A DNA stretch of 64,000 bases from Oleiphilaceae bacterium (GTDB taxonomy: Bacteria > Pseudomonadota > Gammaproteobacteria > Pseudomonadales > Oleiphilaceae), in the NCBI GenBank assembly GCA_041590075.1, contig JBFHUL010000002.1, forward strand, positions 11,964 to 75,963. The letters are read 5' to 3'. The position numbers were made by a program, and so were the translations under genes. The notes under the pieces are model-generated. The model was not told the origin of the DNA. It worked only from the letters and a program-made list of their open reading frames with translations, and searched no databases. Positions 20,001-29,547 of this stretch are shown piece by piece. How positions within the stretch are numbered: position 1 is the stretch's first letter; each line of letters opens with the position of its first letter.

Positions 20001-21916
20001 AGGGTTTCGAAACTGACCCGCATCTTTTGAATATCGATGGGTAGCTGACTGTCGGTACTGAGCATAAAATCATGCAACCAGACCGTGCGATTATGACGAT
20101 CGATGGTTTCGTAGGGGTGTTCACCGATCACCCGAAACCCCATATTCTCGAAGATAGGCATCACATCCGACAAGGGCACCGGATGCTCGGCATGGAACAG
20201 TTTGAAGTGAAAGACGCGATCATCCTCATCGATAGCGCGATAAAAGCTCATACTCAGGGGCCGCCCCTCACTAACTTCTTCGATATGGGCAATATCAATC
20301 GCAGCACGGCGAGGTGAAAATTCTTCCCGATAGCTCGATGAAAAAGCGTTGCGATACCGATTAATGTAATGGTTGGCCTGCTCTTCGCCGTAGGTTTCAA
20401 ACAGCGACGTTTCTAGGTCATCCTGCCAGCTTTGCGCCACGGCGATGATTTTTTCTTCCAGCTCCTTCACATTGAGCACCCGGTCTTCCACCGGATCAAT
20501 TTTGATATTGAATTGCGTGCGCGCCAGTACAGACTCGGAAATAAACGTATTGAAATCAATGTCCTGACCATTCAGATCAGTCATCAGAATATTCTGAATC
20601 TTGAGTCGCAGGTCGGTGTTGTAGATGTCTCGCGGAACGTAAACCAGGCAGGTGACGAACCTGCCAAACGCATCTTCACGCATAAATAAACGAATCTGCC
20701 GCCGCTCCTGAATAAAAAGCGTACCCATGACCACATCAAACAATTCATCGGCATCAATCTGAAACAGCTCATCCCGCGGATACACTGCCAGCAATTGCTC
20801 CAGTTCCTTGCCACTGTAATCTTTCGGATCGAGACCAGATTTGCGCAGTACCTTTTTTATTTTCTTTCTCAGCACGGGAATATCGTGGGGACTTTCGTTG
20901 AAAACGCGCGAGGTGAACAAGCCCAGAAAGCGACGTTCACCAATCACGTTACCTTTGCTATCAAAGCGCTTCACGGTGATATAGTCGGGGTACGCTGGGC
21001 GGTGCACGCGCGATCGATTGGATGATTTCGCAAAAGTAAGCAGATCTTTACTCAATACATGCTCGCGGGCGCGCTCACCAATGCCATCAAGATCAATCTC
21101 CTGACGGTGCTCATAGTGTAATTTCAGAATACCCAGTTCGCTGCCGGCCACCTGCACCAACCGACGTTTCTTACCATTCTTTTCAAGTGTGTACTCAACA
21201 TAGCCAAGAAACGTAAAGTGGTCGGCTGCAATCCAGTGCATCAATGCCGCCATTTCCTCACAGTCGGCATCACTCAAGACCGGGTGATTGCCCGCTTTGA
21301 GTTCGTCCTCGATGTCGTTCGCATGCTGCAACATCGCGGGAAAATCAAGCACCGCCGTTTCTACGTCCTGGAGCACCGACTCAATACTCTCCTTTAACGA
21401 GGCGATAGCGTTGGCATCGCTATGACGATCCACCTCTACAAACAGTATGGCTTCACCCTTGGCTTTTTCCTTGCGTGATTTGCGATCGAGCAGTTTGGTG
21501 ATCGCGCCCTGAGCATCCCGCTCGCAATACAAAATAGAGTGCTGAATACCGTGTATCTTTATTTCGCGATGGGCTAACTCCATGCGCACGGAATCAATAA
21601 TAAACGGCATGTTTTTGTGCATCACTGCCAGCACCGTATGGCTCGACTGCCAGCCGTGTTCCTCGAGATTCGGGTTGAACACCCGGATCTTCGCGCTGCG
21701 GCCTTCAAATTTCTGCACAAACTTCCAAAACGAGGTGATGGAGCCCAGTACATCGACTAACCGCCTGCCTCGGTACTCATCAATGAACACGCCCACGAAC
21801 AACTGCTCAACAAACTCGGCTACCTGCTGCGCTTCTTTTTTATTGAGATTCTCGATAATCGCTTGGTTAATCTGCTCCAGAAAAGTTTTCTTGTTACTGG
21901 TATCGACTAATTTCAT
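17054..21916 (-). CDS. gdhB: NAD-specific glutamate dehydrogenase, large (about 180 kDa) type
   Basis: 1620 aa; size and conserved blocks (RGGLRWSDR, DIANE, GGGIGTY-type region) are typical of GdhB/Gdh4. Confidence 0.93.
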   Translation of the reverse strand: MKLVDTSNKKTFLEQINQAIIENLNKKEAQQVAEFVEQLFVGVFIDEYRGRRLVDVLGSITSFWKFVQKFEGRSAKIRVFNPNLEEHGWQSSHTVLAVMHKNMPFIIDSVRMELAHREIKIHGIQHSILYCERDAQGAITKLLDRKSRKEKAKGEAILFVEVDRHSDANAIASLKESIESVLQDVETAVLDFPAMLQHANDIEDELKAGNHPVLSDADCEEMAALMHWIAADHFTFLGYVEYTLEKNGKKRRLVQVAGSELGILKLHYEHRQEIDLDGIGERAREHVLSKDLLTFAKSSNRSRVHRPAYPDYITVKRFDSKGNVIGERRFLGLFTSRVFNESPHDIPVLRKKIKKVLRKSGLDPKDYSGKELEQLLAVYPRDELFQIDADELFDVVMGTLFIQERRQIRLFMREDAFGRFVTCLVYVPRDIYNTDLRLKIQNILMTDLNGQDIDFNTFISESVLARTQFNIKIDPVEDRVLNVKELEEKIIAVAQSWQDDLETSLFETYGEEQANHYINRYRNAFSSSYREEFSPRRAAIDIAHIEEVSEGRPLSMSFYRAIDEDDRVFHFKLFHAEHPVPLSDVMPIFENMGFRVIGEHPYETIDRHNRTVWLHDFMLSTDSQLPIDIQKMRVSFETLFRKVWEGDAENDSFNRLLVAAYMSWREIAVLRAYSRYMRQIRVSNSQEFISNTIVNHVDIALQLVEMFATRFDPALNKSKSKSDKLLEAQEQAFNQALDNVQNLTEDKILRLYLDLIKATVRTNFYQLDDSGQEKNYISFKLLPRTIPNVPLPVPMFEIFVYSPRVEGVHLRGGKVARGGLRWSDRFEDYRTEVLGLVKAQQVKNAVIVPVGAKGGFVSKMAPANDRDAFIKEGIACYKTFITGLLDVTDNLLEGKVVPPKQVVRHDEDDYYLVVAADKGTATFSDIANEISLKKGHWLGDAFASGGSQGYDHKKMGITARGAWVSVQRHFREMGVDIQSEPFTAIGIGDMAGDVFGNGMLLSPHTKLVAAFNHMHIFLDPDPDPAKSFAERKRLFELPRSSWTDYNQKLMSKGGGIFERSAKSVTLTPEVKRWLGVSEDKMPPNQLIHHILKAEADLLWIGGIGTYVKASSETHADVGDKANDVLRIDGKELRAKVVGEGGNLGMTQLGRIEYGRAGGRLNTDFIDNAAGVDCSDHEVNIKILLNEVLTNGDITEKQRNKLLADMTDSVADLVLKNNYRQTQAISIAHRDALSRMEEYRRLINAMEQSGKLNRKLEFIPDDEQITERKSLGEGLTRPELSVLISYVKGDLKETLDIPELTEDPSLADEVEVVFPAQIVKKYKKELHSHRLRPEIIATQLANDMVNHMGITFVERLRQSTGATVPAIALAYIIARDVFQLEYWWESIEALDHKVPSELQMSMMAELMSLMRRASRWLIRNRRSELNVAGNMEKFAKGIAQIGKALPDYLDGATKEAWQKKYDGLVTEGVPEAIAATIAGASHLYAALGIIEAQESSGEALDRVAKVYYALGSRLDLTWFGQQINTLTPLTHWQALAREAFREDLDWQQRAITVGLLNLQNAPKDIDKRIDLWLEQHADLIQRWRQTLTEFKATEDAEFAMYAVALRELLDLAQSTVHTVPG

Positions 21917-22166
21917 GCACAGCTCTCTCTTTTATTTTGAGGTGGGAAACAATGAACGCGCAGTGCGGAAAGACGCGCTACCGTATCTTGAAAAATGCGC
22001 CTGTCACCCAATGTAATGTTCTGGATTGACCCCGGCCAAAGGGGCGAAAACTCAATTAAGAATAGTTCATAGATGAGAAATTGCTTATTCAGAATCAATC
22101 CATTAACTTGATTGGCCGCCTGAAACCGGGCGTTGTTTAAAGACTTTAAAAGGTGGAAATTTCGAT

Positions 22167-23132
22167 ATGAGTTCAAGAGCCGCATTCACCTCCCTCAAAG
22201 CCGCACTCAGTGAATGTATTATTGGTCAACAACACTTGGTTGAACGATTGTTGATCACTCTGCTTGCCGATGGCCACCTTTTAGTCGAGGGTGCTCCAGG
22301 GCTCGCGAAAACCAAAGCCATCAAAGAACTTTCCGAGCGCATCCAAGGCAGCTTTCAGCGCATCCAGTTCACGCCGGACCTGCTCCCGTCAGACGTGACC
22401 GGCACCGAAATTTACCGCGTGGAAGACGGCCAGTTTCAATTTCAGAAAGGCCCTATTTTTCACAATCTGGTGCTGGCAGATGAAATCAACCGGGCGCCAG
22501 CTAAAGTGCAATCCGCACTCCTTGAAGCCATGGCCGAACGCCAGGTCAGCGTGGGCAAAGCCACCTATCCGCTCGACAAACTCTTTCTGGTCATGGCCAC
22601 GCAAAACCCGATCGAACAGGAAGGCACCTATCCACTGCCTGAAGCACAGCTGGACCGCTTTGTGATGCACATTCGCATTCAGTACCCCGATGTTGATGCG
22701 GAGCGGCAGATTCTCCGCCTGGCGCGTCAGGAACAGGCTGAAGACAAGGCGCCGCCCACCACCCCTCTCGAAATCCCGCAGCACGCCGTTTTTGAGGCGC
22801 GAGAAGAAGTACGCCGCCTGCATATGAGCGACGCGGTAGAAGAATATATCGTGCAACTAACGATGGCGACGCGCGAACCCGGCGCCTACGGTGACGATCT
22901 TGTACGCTGGATTGATTTTGGCTGTAGCCCGCGCGGCACCATAGCACTGGATCGTTGCGCTCGCGCCCATGCCTGGCTGCATGACAAGGATTTTGTAAGT
23001 CCCGACGATGTGCGCGCCGTGCTGCACGATACCTTCCGCCACCGCATTCTGGTCAGTTTCGAAGCTGAAGCAGAAGGCATCAATGCCGACCGCGTGATCA
23101 ACGAACTCATTCATCGCGTCCCTGTCGCATAG
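22167..23132 (+). CDS. moxR: MoxR-family AAA+ ATPase
   Basis: Walker A GAPGLAKT, Walker B LADEINRA, and a QNPIE..GTYPLPEAQLDRF block. First gene of the Bat-type operon. Confidence 0.9.
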   Translation: MSSRAAFTSLKAALSECIIGQQHLVERLLITLLADGHLLVEGAPGLAKTKAIKELSERIQGSFQRIQFTPDLLPSDVTGTEIYRVEDGQFQFQKGPIFHNLVLADEINRAPAKVQSALLEAMAERQVSVGKATYPLDKLFLVMATQNPIEQEGTYPLPEAQLDRFVMHIRIQYPDVDAERQILRLARQEQAEDKAPPTTPLEIPQHAVFEAREEVRRLHMSDAVEEYIVQLTMATREPGAYGDDLVRWIDFGCSPRGTIALDRCARAHAWLHDKDFVSPDDVRAVLHDTFRHRILVSFEAEAEGINADRVINELIHRVPVA

Positions 23133-23142
23133 GCGATCTGCA

Positions 23143-24102
23143 ATGGCAGGCCCCGACCGCATACTTCACAGCACGGCCCTCCCCACAGAAGGCGCATACT
23201 GTGCCCTCAACGATCTTATGGCCCTTCGCTGGCAGGCAGCCAGTTTAAGCCTGCCCAAGGCACGACGCGCCATGCGACCACAAAGCGGCGCGCACAGGTC
23301 ACGCTTTCGTGGTCGCGGCATGGAGTTCGCGGAAGTACGGGTTTACCAGCCCGGCGATGATATACGCAGTATCGATTGGCGGGTGACCGCGCGCCGCCAG
23401 ACGCCCCACACCAAACTCTTTAATGAAGAGCGGGAGCGCCCGGTAATGATTTTATGCGACCAGAGCCAGAGTCAGTTTTTCGGCAGCCGATGCGCGTTTA
23501 AGTCGGTGCGTGCAGCACAAGCTGCCGCGTTGTTTGCGTGGACAGCACTGGCACACAACGACCGCGTAGGAGGCATTGTCTTCTCCGATCAGGGCCATCG
23601 TGAAACGCGGCCCGCTCGCAGTCGCAAAAACCTGCTGCGCTTTTTGCAGGATGTTGTGGACTTCAATCAGTCACTTACCGCCCATACGCCTTCAAGCACC
23701 AACGCTTTCTCGCTGGATGCCGCGCTTGCCGAAACCCAGCGTTTGGTAAAACCCGGCACCCTGATTGTGCTCATCAGTGACTTTTTCCAGCTTACACCAC
23801 AAAGCGAAGCCTTGATTGCCAAGCTGTCGCGCCATAACGAATTGCTGTTGATACACACACACGATGTTTTGGAACGGGAACTGCCACCGGCTGGCCGCTA
23901 TCCGATCAGCAAAGGGGAGACAACAATTATGCTGGATACGCGCAACAAACAGGCCATTTTGCGCTATCGCGATTGGGCCGAAGAACGCGAACAACAGATC
24001 GCCGACATGGCCAATAAATATCGCTGCCCGCGCGTAATGGTAGGCACCCATGACACACCCGCGCTGGCGCTGCAATCATTGCTGGTTTCGGTAGGTCGCT
24101 GA
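23143..24102 (+). CDS. DUF58 domain protein (MoxR partner)
   Basis: The G.EF...R.Y..GDD.R.IDW motif is present (GMEFAEVRVYQPGDDIRSIDWRVTAR). It lies immediately downstream of moxR. Confidence 0.8.
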   Translation: MAGPDRILHSTALPTEGAYCALNDLMALRWQAASLSLPKARRAMRPQSGAHRSRFRGRGMEFAEVRVYQPGDDIRSIDWRVTARRQTPHTKLFNEERERPVMILCDQSQSQFFGSRCAFKSVRAAQAAALFAWTALAHNDRVGGIVFSDQGHRETRPARSRKNLLRFLQDVVDFNQSLTAHTPSSTNAFSLDAALAETQRLVKPGTLIVLISDFFQLTPQSEALIAKLSRHNELLLIHTHDVLERELPPAGRYPISKGETTIMLDTRNKQAILRYRDWAEEREQQIADMANKYRCPRVMVGTHDTPALALQSLLVSVGR

Positions 24103-24104
24103 GT

Positions 24105-24572
24105 ATGGATCCCCAGGCACTGCTGCAACAATTGCGCGACGTTCACGCCCCCCCTCCCGTAGGATGGTGGCCTCCGGCTCCCGGATGGTGGGTGCTGTGT
24201 GCGCTCATCCTTGTGAGCCTGGCCTATCTCGCCTATCGCTTTTGGCGAGCTCGGCGCGCTCGGGCATGGAAAAAACACGCACTCACACAATTCACGCGGC
24301 TCAGCCAGCAATACCAGAGCACGGGCTCCGCCGAAACCCTGACTGAAATAATTATGCTGATCAAACTTAGTCTGGCCCGCGCCAAACAGAGCGAGCATTA
24401 TTTAAGCCTGAGCGGCGAAGACTGGCGGTGCTGCCTGGAGCACGAGTTCGAACTGGACGAGGTGGCCCTAGACACCCTGACACAGGGCCATTATCAGGAG
24501 CACTGCGCGTTGCTGTCTGATCAAACACTCAAGCGGCTGCGCAAAGGCCTGGGCAGGTTAAACCATGAGTGA
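24105..24572 (+). CDS. DUF4381-like small membrane protein
   Basis: N-terminal LRDVHAPPPVGWWPPAPGWW followed by a transmembrane helix. Starts 2 nt after the DUF58 stop; its 3' end overlaps the next gene by 8 nt. Confidence 0.6.
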   Translation: MDPQALLQQLRDVHAPPPVGWWPPAPGWWVLCALILVSLAYLAYRFWRARRARAWKKHALTQFTRLSQQYQSTGSAETLTEIIMLIKLSLARAKQSEHYLSLSGEDWRCCLEHEFELDEVALDTLTQGHYQEHCALLSDQTLKRLRKGLGRLNHE

Positions 24573-25632
24573 TGCCTTCGCACTGATCACGCAACTGGAG
24601 TGGCAATGGCCCTGGGCTCTTCTGCTGCTGCCCTTACCCCTGCTCTTCAGTTGGCGAAAACCAAAGCACGACCACGAAACCATAGGCCCGCAATTACCGA
24701 CTTTATACGGTGTATTGCGCCAAATCGGTGTCAGCCAAAGCCCTAGCAGGAACGCACCTCCCCGCTGGATGACCGCGCTATTGTGTCTGGCATGGCTGCT
24801 TTTGATTCTGGCGTGCATGCGCCCTCACTTCGTGGGTGATGCGGTGGATTTACCGCGCTCAGGACGCGACCTCATGCTCGCCATCGACATCTCCCCAAGC
24901 ATGAAAGAGCGAGACATGTTGTTGAACAACGTGGAATCCACACGACTCGAAGCTGTGAAATACGTGGTCGGCGATTTTATTAAAGCGCGTGCCGGTGACC
25001 GCATCGGCCTGATATTGTTTGGCTCACAACCCTACGTACAAGCGCCGCTCACCTTCGACACCAAAACCGTTCATACCTTGTTAAACGAAGCGTTTTTAGG
25101 CATGGCTGGCCAAGCCACAGCCATCGGCGATGCCATCACTCTCGCCACCAAGCGCCTCAGGGAGCGCCCTGATCAGAGCCGGGTGCTTATTCTGCTGTCG
25201 GACGGACAAAATACCGCCGGAGAAATCCCCCCGGGAAAAGCCGCCCAATTCGCAGCGCATGAAAACATCAAAATCTACACCATCGGTATTGGTGCAGAAG
25301 AAATTCTGAAACGCAGCTTTTTCGGCGTGCAACGCATTAACCCTTCGGCCGACCTCGATGAGGCGATGCTGACCCAGATTGCCGAGACAACCAAAGGGAA
25401 GTACTACCGGGCGCGCGATTTACAGGAACTGGAACAAATCTATCAGGAAATCGATACGCTTGAACCCATCGAGCAAGAGCAACGCACTTACCGGCCGCGT
25501 AAATCTATAATGCATTGGTTTATTGCCAGTGCACTGGGAGTGTGGTTAGCGGCCAGATTATTGCGCCTGATCCCCAGCGCATTGCCCCAAAATGACGTAG
25601 AAAAAAAGCCAAGCAGAGGTGAACAGCTGTGA
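24565..25632 (+). CDS. batA: VWA-domain membrane protein, BatA-like
   Basis: N-terminal transmembrane segment and a VWA MIDAS motif (LAIDISPSM), with LLSDGQNTAG further along. Confidence 0.8.
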   Translation: MSDAFALITQLEWQWPWALLLLPLPLLFSWRKPKHDHETIGPQLPTLYGVLRQIGVSQSPSRNAPPRWMTALLCLAWLLLILACMRPHFVGDAVDLPRSGRDLMLAIDISPSMKERDMLLNNVESTRLEAVKYVVGDFIKARAGDRIGLILFGSQPYVQAPLTFDTKTVHTLLNEAFLGMAGQATAIGDAITLATKRLRERPDQSRVLILLSDGQNTAGEIPPGKAAQFAAHENIKIYTIGIGAEEILKRSFFGVQRINPSADLDEAMLTQIAETTKGKYYRARDLQELEQIYQEIDTLEPIEQEQRTYRPRKSIMHWFIASALGVWLAARLLRLIPSALPQNDVEKKPSRGEQL

Positions 25633-27482
25633 GCACCTTTATTGCACAATTTCATTTACTACGCCCGGAATGGTTACTGGCGCTACTTCTTTTACCGCTA
25701 CTCTGGTGGTGGAACCAGCGGCAATCTGGCTCAAGTGACTGGCGGCGGGTGATTGATCCACAACTGCTGCAACATTTAATGCCCAACTCAGGCCCGGCGG
25801 CCTCGCGGCCAAGGGTCGCCTTTCTGCTGATCGCGCTATTACTCATCATCATTGCGCTGGCGGGGCCAAGCTGGAAAAAAATACCTCAGCCCACCGTTCA
25901 AGTGAGCGACAATATGGTGGTGCTGCTGGATTTGTCTCTGTCGATGCTCGCCACCGATCAACCACCCGACCGCCTCACTCGCAGCAAGCAGAAGATGCAG
26001 GACCTGTTGAAGCTGCGCAAAGAGGGCAATACGGCATTGATAGCCTTTTCGGGCGATGCCCACGTGGTCACACCGCTCACCGATGATATTCGCACCATTC
26101 AGGCGAGCCTCTCTGCGCTTGATCCCTTTGTGATGCCGGTCATTGGCAGCCGCCCCGATTTGGCCGCCGAGCAAGCCGTAGACCTGTTTCGTCAGTCTGC
26201 CAGCAAACATGGCCGAGTCGTATTACTCACTGACGGAGTCACTGCGGCCCAGGCCGACCGCATCACTCAGACGCTCAAGGACTATCGGCTAGATATCATC
26301 GCTGTAGGGACTGCCGAAGGCGGACCGATTCCGATACCGCAGCGCGGCTACCTGCGCGACGATAATAATGCGGTAGTGATTCCACAAACGGACTTCGCGC
26401 AACTCAACGCGCTCGCAACGAGCTTGAATGGTGTGATGACCCCGATGCGCCTCACTGACGACGATCTGGAAATCCTCGACATTGCCGGTAGCGCGTTGCG
26501 AAACGCCACCCAAAGCGCCATGGAGTCCGCCCAAACGGGTCAGTTTGATCGCTGGCAAGATGCCGGGTTTGTGTTCCTGTTTATGGCCCTGCCCTTTATT
26601 TTGATCGCCTATCGCCAAGGCGTATTCGCATGTGCATTACTGCTGATCGTTCCCATCGAGTCCAGCCATGCGTTCGGATGGGACGATCTCTGGCTTACCA
26701 AAAACCAACAAGCGCAACAGGCAATAGAACAAGGCCGTGCCAGCGAAGCCGCACAGCTATACGAGTCGCCCCTGCATCGCGCGCATGCCCTGTATCGTGC
26801 CGGCGAATACGAGGCAGCCGCTGAACTCTATCAGCAGCTGGACGCGCAGCATTACAATCTCGGTAACACGCTCGCGCAGCAACAACAATATGAGCAGGCC
26901 ATCGCGGCGTATAACAAGGCGCTTGCAGCGAATCCCGACAACGAGGATGCCCGCTTTAACAAAGAGTTGGTGGAGCAGCTGTTGCAGCAACAACAGCAAC
27001 AACAGCAACAACAGCAACACGGTGATCAATCAGATCAGCAGAACCAACAGAACCAACAGAACCAACAGAACCAACAGAACCAACAGAACCAACAACAAGG
27101 AAATCAGGGCGAACAGAATTCGCAAGGCCAAGGCTCTCCATCGGAACCTCAATCGCGCCAGCAGCACAACACAGAACAGCAGGAGGGTGAGATGCCGGAC
27201 TCCGCGGCCGGTCAGCCCAACGATGACAGTAAAGACCAGAAAGATAAAAATACCGCCGAATCAGCACAAACAATCAGCGAACCCGACGCGGCGCAAGGCG
27301 AGCAGGAAAAATCTGAAACCGGCGCAGTGCTCGATGCGCTCAGCGACGAAGAAAAACAATCCTACGAACAATGGATGCGACGCGTTCCCGATGACCCTTC
27401 GGGGCTGTTAAGGCGTAAATTCGAACAGCAGGCCCGTGAGCGCGCACGCATACGAAGAGAGGAAGGAGAACCCTTATGGTAA
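25629..27482 (+). CDS. batB: VWA plus TPR protein (BatB/BatC-like fusion) with a Gln/Asn-rich low-complexity tract
   Basis: VWA MIDAS (LLDLSLSM), TPR repeats (YRAGEYEAAAELYQQL..., YEQAIAAYNKALAANPDNEDA), then Q10 and (QNQ)6. Start overlaps the batA stop by 4 nt. Confidence 0.8.
   Translation: MSTFIAQFHLLRPEWLLALLLLPLLWWWNQRQSGSSDWRRVIDPQLLQHLMPNSGPAASRPRVAFLLIALLLIIIALAGPSWKKIPQPTVQVSDNMVVLLDLSLSMLATDQPPDRLTRSKQKMQDLLKLRKEGNTALIAFSGDAHVVTPLTDDIRTIQASLSALDPFVMPVIGSRPDLAAEQAVDLFRQSASKHGRVVLLTDGVTAAQADRITQTLKDYRLDIIAVGTAEGGPIPIPQRGYLRDDNNAVVIPQTDFAQLNALATSLNGVMTPMRLTDDDLEILDIAGSALRNATQSAMESAQTGQFDRWQDAGFVFLFMALPFILIAYRQGVFACALLLIVPIESSHAFGWDDLWLTKNQQAQQAIEQGRASEAAQLYESPLHRAHALYRAGEYEAAAELYQQLDAQHYNLGNTLAQQQQYEQAIAAYNKALAANPDNEDARFNKELVEQLLQQQQQQQQQQQHGDQSDQQNQQNQQNQQNQQNQQNQQQGNQGEQNSQGQGSPSEPQSRQQHNTEQQEGEMPDSAAGQPNDDSKDQKDKNTAESAQTISEPDAAQGEQEKSETGAVLDALSDEEKQSYEQWMRRVPDDPSGLLRRKFEQQARERARIRREEGEPLW
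26985..27017 (+). repeat. Tandem 9-bp repeat CAGCAACAA, about 3.7 copies, encoding poly-Gln inside batB
   Basis: Read directly: cagcaacaa cagcaacaa cagcaacaa cagcaa. Confidence 0.9.
27039..27092 (+). repeat. Six perfect tandem copies of the 9-bp unit CAGAACCAA, encoding (QNQ)6 inside batB
   Basis: Read directly from the sequence; the repeat is in frame with batB. Confidence 0.95.
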
Positions 27483-29269
27483 CGGGTGCACAGTATCGAT
27501 TCAGTCTGTGGCTTCCGGCGAAGTCATTGATGGTGGTATGGCTGGCTTTCATGACGCTTCTGCCACAAATCAGCGTTGCAGAAAGCACACTGAGCGCCAG
27601 CGTAGACCGAAACAAACTCTATGAAACAGAAACGCTCACCTATGAGCTGCGCGGCGAACTGGACGTCGAGCCCGGTTTTGGAGGGCTCTTCAGTTTTGGT
27701 CGCAGCCAGATAAACGAACCTGAAATACCCGGTTTAGAACGCGACTTCGAAATACTCGACCGGCAACAGAAAATGAGCATGCAAAGCATCAACGGTAAAA
27801 CCCAGTCACAGGTGCTTTGGCGTTATACACTCGCCCCCAAACGCAGCGGCACGCTGACTATCCCGGCCGCTGAATACGAAAACATTAAAGCCAAACCCAT
27901 TTCAATCGAAGTGCTCGCCGGTACTTCGCCCCGTGAAGCCGGTACACCGCCGCTTGTGTTCATAGAAGTTGAAACCGATAAAACAACTGCGTATGTGCAG
28001 GAACAGATTAAATACACTGTGCGTCTCTACTCATCGGGCAATTTGGTGGCGGGCGACCTTGACCAACCCCAAGCGCTGGACGCGATCGTTGAACCTTTGG
28101 GTGAAACCAAGGTGTATTACCGAATGGCCCATAACCAGCGTTACGAAGTGCGCGAGAAAAACTACCTGCTCTTTCCTCAGAAAAGCGGCCAACTCGATCT
28201 CCCTGCTCTCAAATTCAGCGGTACGGTAATTGACTCAAGCAAACGCCGCCGCGTACGTGTGCGAGAAACCTCAGAAGGTATTACGCTTAACGTCAATCCA
28301 CCTCCGGCGTCGTTCAGCGGGGACGTTTGGCTTCCCGCCACCAGCCTGCATCTGAGCGAAAAATGGGATCGCACCCCCGACGATCTGAAGGTAGGCGACT
28401 CAGTAACCCGTACGGTCGAAATTCAGGCTCTGGGCCTATTGGCATCAGCGCTGCCACCTTTGCCTGCCACACAATCCACACACTTCAAGGTTTACCCGGA
28501 TCAACCGCAAACCGAAACCGTAGAGCATGATGGTGGCGCGCAGTCACTTCGCAGAGAAACGCGCGCGTTGGTTGCGGTACAGCCCGGAGAATTAACACTA
28601 CCCGAAGTGCGTGTACCCTGGTGGGATACGGTCAATAACCTTGAGCGCGTTGCGGTGCTGCCGGCACGCAGTCTCTCGGTGACGGGCTTGGCGGCCCGGG
28701 CCAGCAAGCCACCCCATCCAGCCTCTGCAGAGATAACGGCGCAAAACAACGAAGATTCTTCTGCGGCCCAGGCTTCCGGGGCAAAAGAATCTGCACCTGC
28801 CAGTGAGCCATCCTCGCTTGGGCCATCACAGCATTTCTGGTGGCTCATTACCGCGTTATTACTTTCAGGCTGGGCATTAACAGTGTGGTGGTTTCTGCGA
28901 AAGCCCCACCGTCAGCAAGACACGAGCCCCGCATTTACACCCAGCAATGAAACATGGCATGCCTTGCAACGCGCGATTAAACACGATGATCCAGAGATGA
29001 CCAAACTGTTGGTCGCGTGGGCTCGGCAACACTTTGGCGAGCGTGGCATAAGTAGAGCCATACTTGGCATTACAGACTTACAGCGCCTGGATTCCGTGTT
29101 ATACGCGCAGGCAAGCGCCTTCGAAGCCGCGCGTTACGCTCCCAATGGCAAAGAAGATCAGGAGTATGACCGGAAGATTCTGTTGGACCGGCTGAAATTA
29201 CTGCGTGACAAAAGCCCATCGGCTCAGCAAACTGCGGTGTCGTTTTACCCCACCCAGAAACGGGCTTGA
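27476..29269 (+). CDS. batD: BatD-like (oxygen-tolerance family) membrane protein
   Basis: 597 aa with a signal peptide, a large periplasmic beta-rich region, a late transmembrane helix (WWLITALLLSGWALTVWWF) and a cytoplasmic tail. Overlaps the batB stop by 7 nt. Confidence 0.72.
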   Translation: MVTGAQYRFSLWLPAKSLMVVWLAFMTLLPQISVAESTLSASVDRNKLYETETLTYELRGELDVEPGFGGLFSFGRSQINEPEIPGLERDFEILDRQQKMSMQSINGKTQSQVLWRYTLAPKRSGTLTIPAAEYENIKAKPISIEVLAGTSPREAGTPPLVFIEVETDKTTAYVQEQIKYTVRLYSSGNLVAGDLDQPQALDAIVEPLGETKVYYRMAHNQRYEVREKNYLLFPQKSGQLDLPALKFSGTVIDSSKRRRVRVRETSEGITLNVNPPPASFSGDVWLPATSLHLSEKWDRTPDDLKVGDSVTRTVEIQALGLLASALPPLPATQSTHFKVYPDQPQTETVEHDGGAQSLRRETRALVAVQPGELTLPEVRVPWWDTVNNLERVAVLPARSLSVTGLAARASKPPHPASAEITAQNNEDSSAAQASGAKESAPASEPSSLGPSQHFWWLITALLLSGWALTVWWFLRKPHRQQDTSPAFTPSNETWHALQRAIKHDDPEMTKLLVAWARQHFGERGISRAILGITDLQRLDSVLYAQASAFEAARYAPNGKEDQEYDRKILLDRLKLLRDKSPSAQQTAVSFYPTQKRA

Positions 29270-29271
29270 AC

Positions 29272-29526
29272 ATGACCACTTGCCACACACAATGCAGCGC
29301 CTGTTGTATTGCGCCAGCCATAAGCAGCCCGTTGCCTAATATGCCGCTCGGAAAACCCGCGGGCGTGCCATGCATAAACCTTGATGACCATGGAAGGTGT
29401 CGCGAATATGCGCGCCGCCCGGCAGTTTGCCGAGAATTCATGCCCGAGCGCAGCGCCTGTGGGAGCAATGCACAGCACGCGCTCCGTTTGCTAGGTGCGC
29501 TTGAGCGCGCCACACAACCAACTTAG
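29272..29526 (+). CDS. YkgJ/UPF0153-type Cys-cluster (Zn/Fe-chelating) small protein
   Basis: CHTQCSACC ... CINLDDHGRCREYARRPAVCREF matches the Cys-rich YkgJ pattern. ATG 29272 lies 2 nt after the batD stop (the track start at 29266 is TTG). Confidence 0.55.
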   Translation: MTTCHTQCSACCIAPAISSPLPNMPLGKPAGVPCINLDDHGRCREYARRPAVCREFMPERSACGSNAQHALRLLGALERATQPT

Positions 29527-29547
29527 CACCGGTTTCGCCCCCCAGCG

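Noticed and set aside
27039-27092. Possible CRISPR or other spaced-repeat array.
   Set aside because: The repeats are directly tandem 9-mers with no spacers. They lie inside a coding frame, and there are no cas genes.
26737-27411. 224-aa alternative-frame ORF containing NRTNRTNRT... inside batB.
   Set aside because: It is created by reading the 9-bp tandem repeats in another frame. The batB frame carries the VWA/TPR motifs and is contiguous with the operon.
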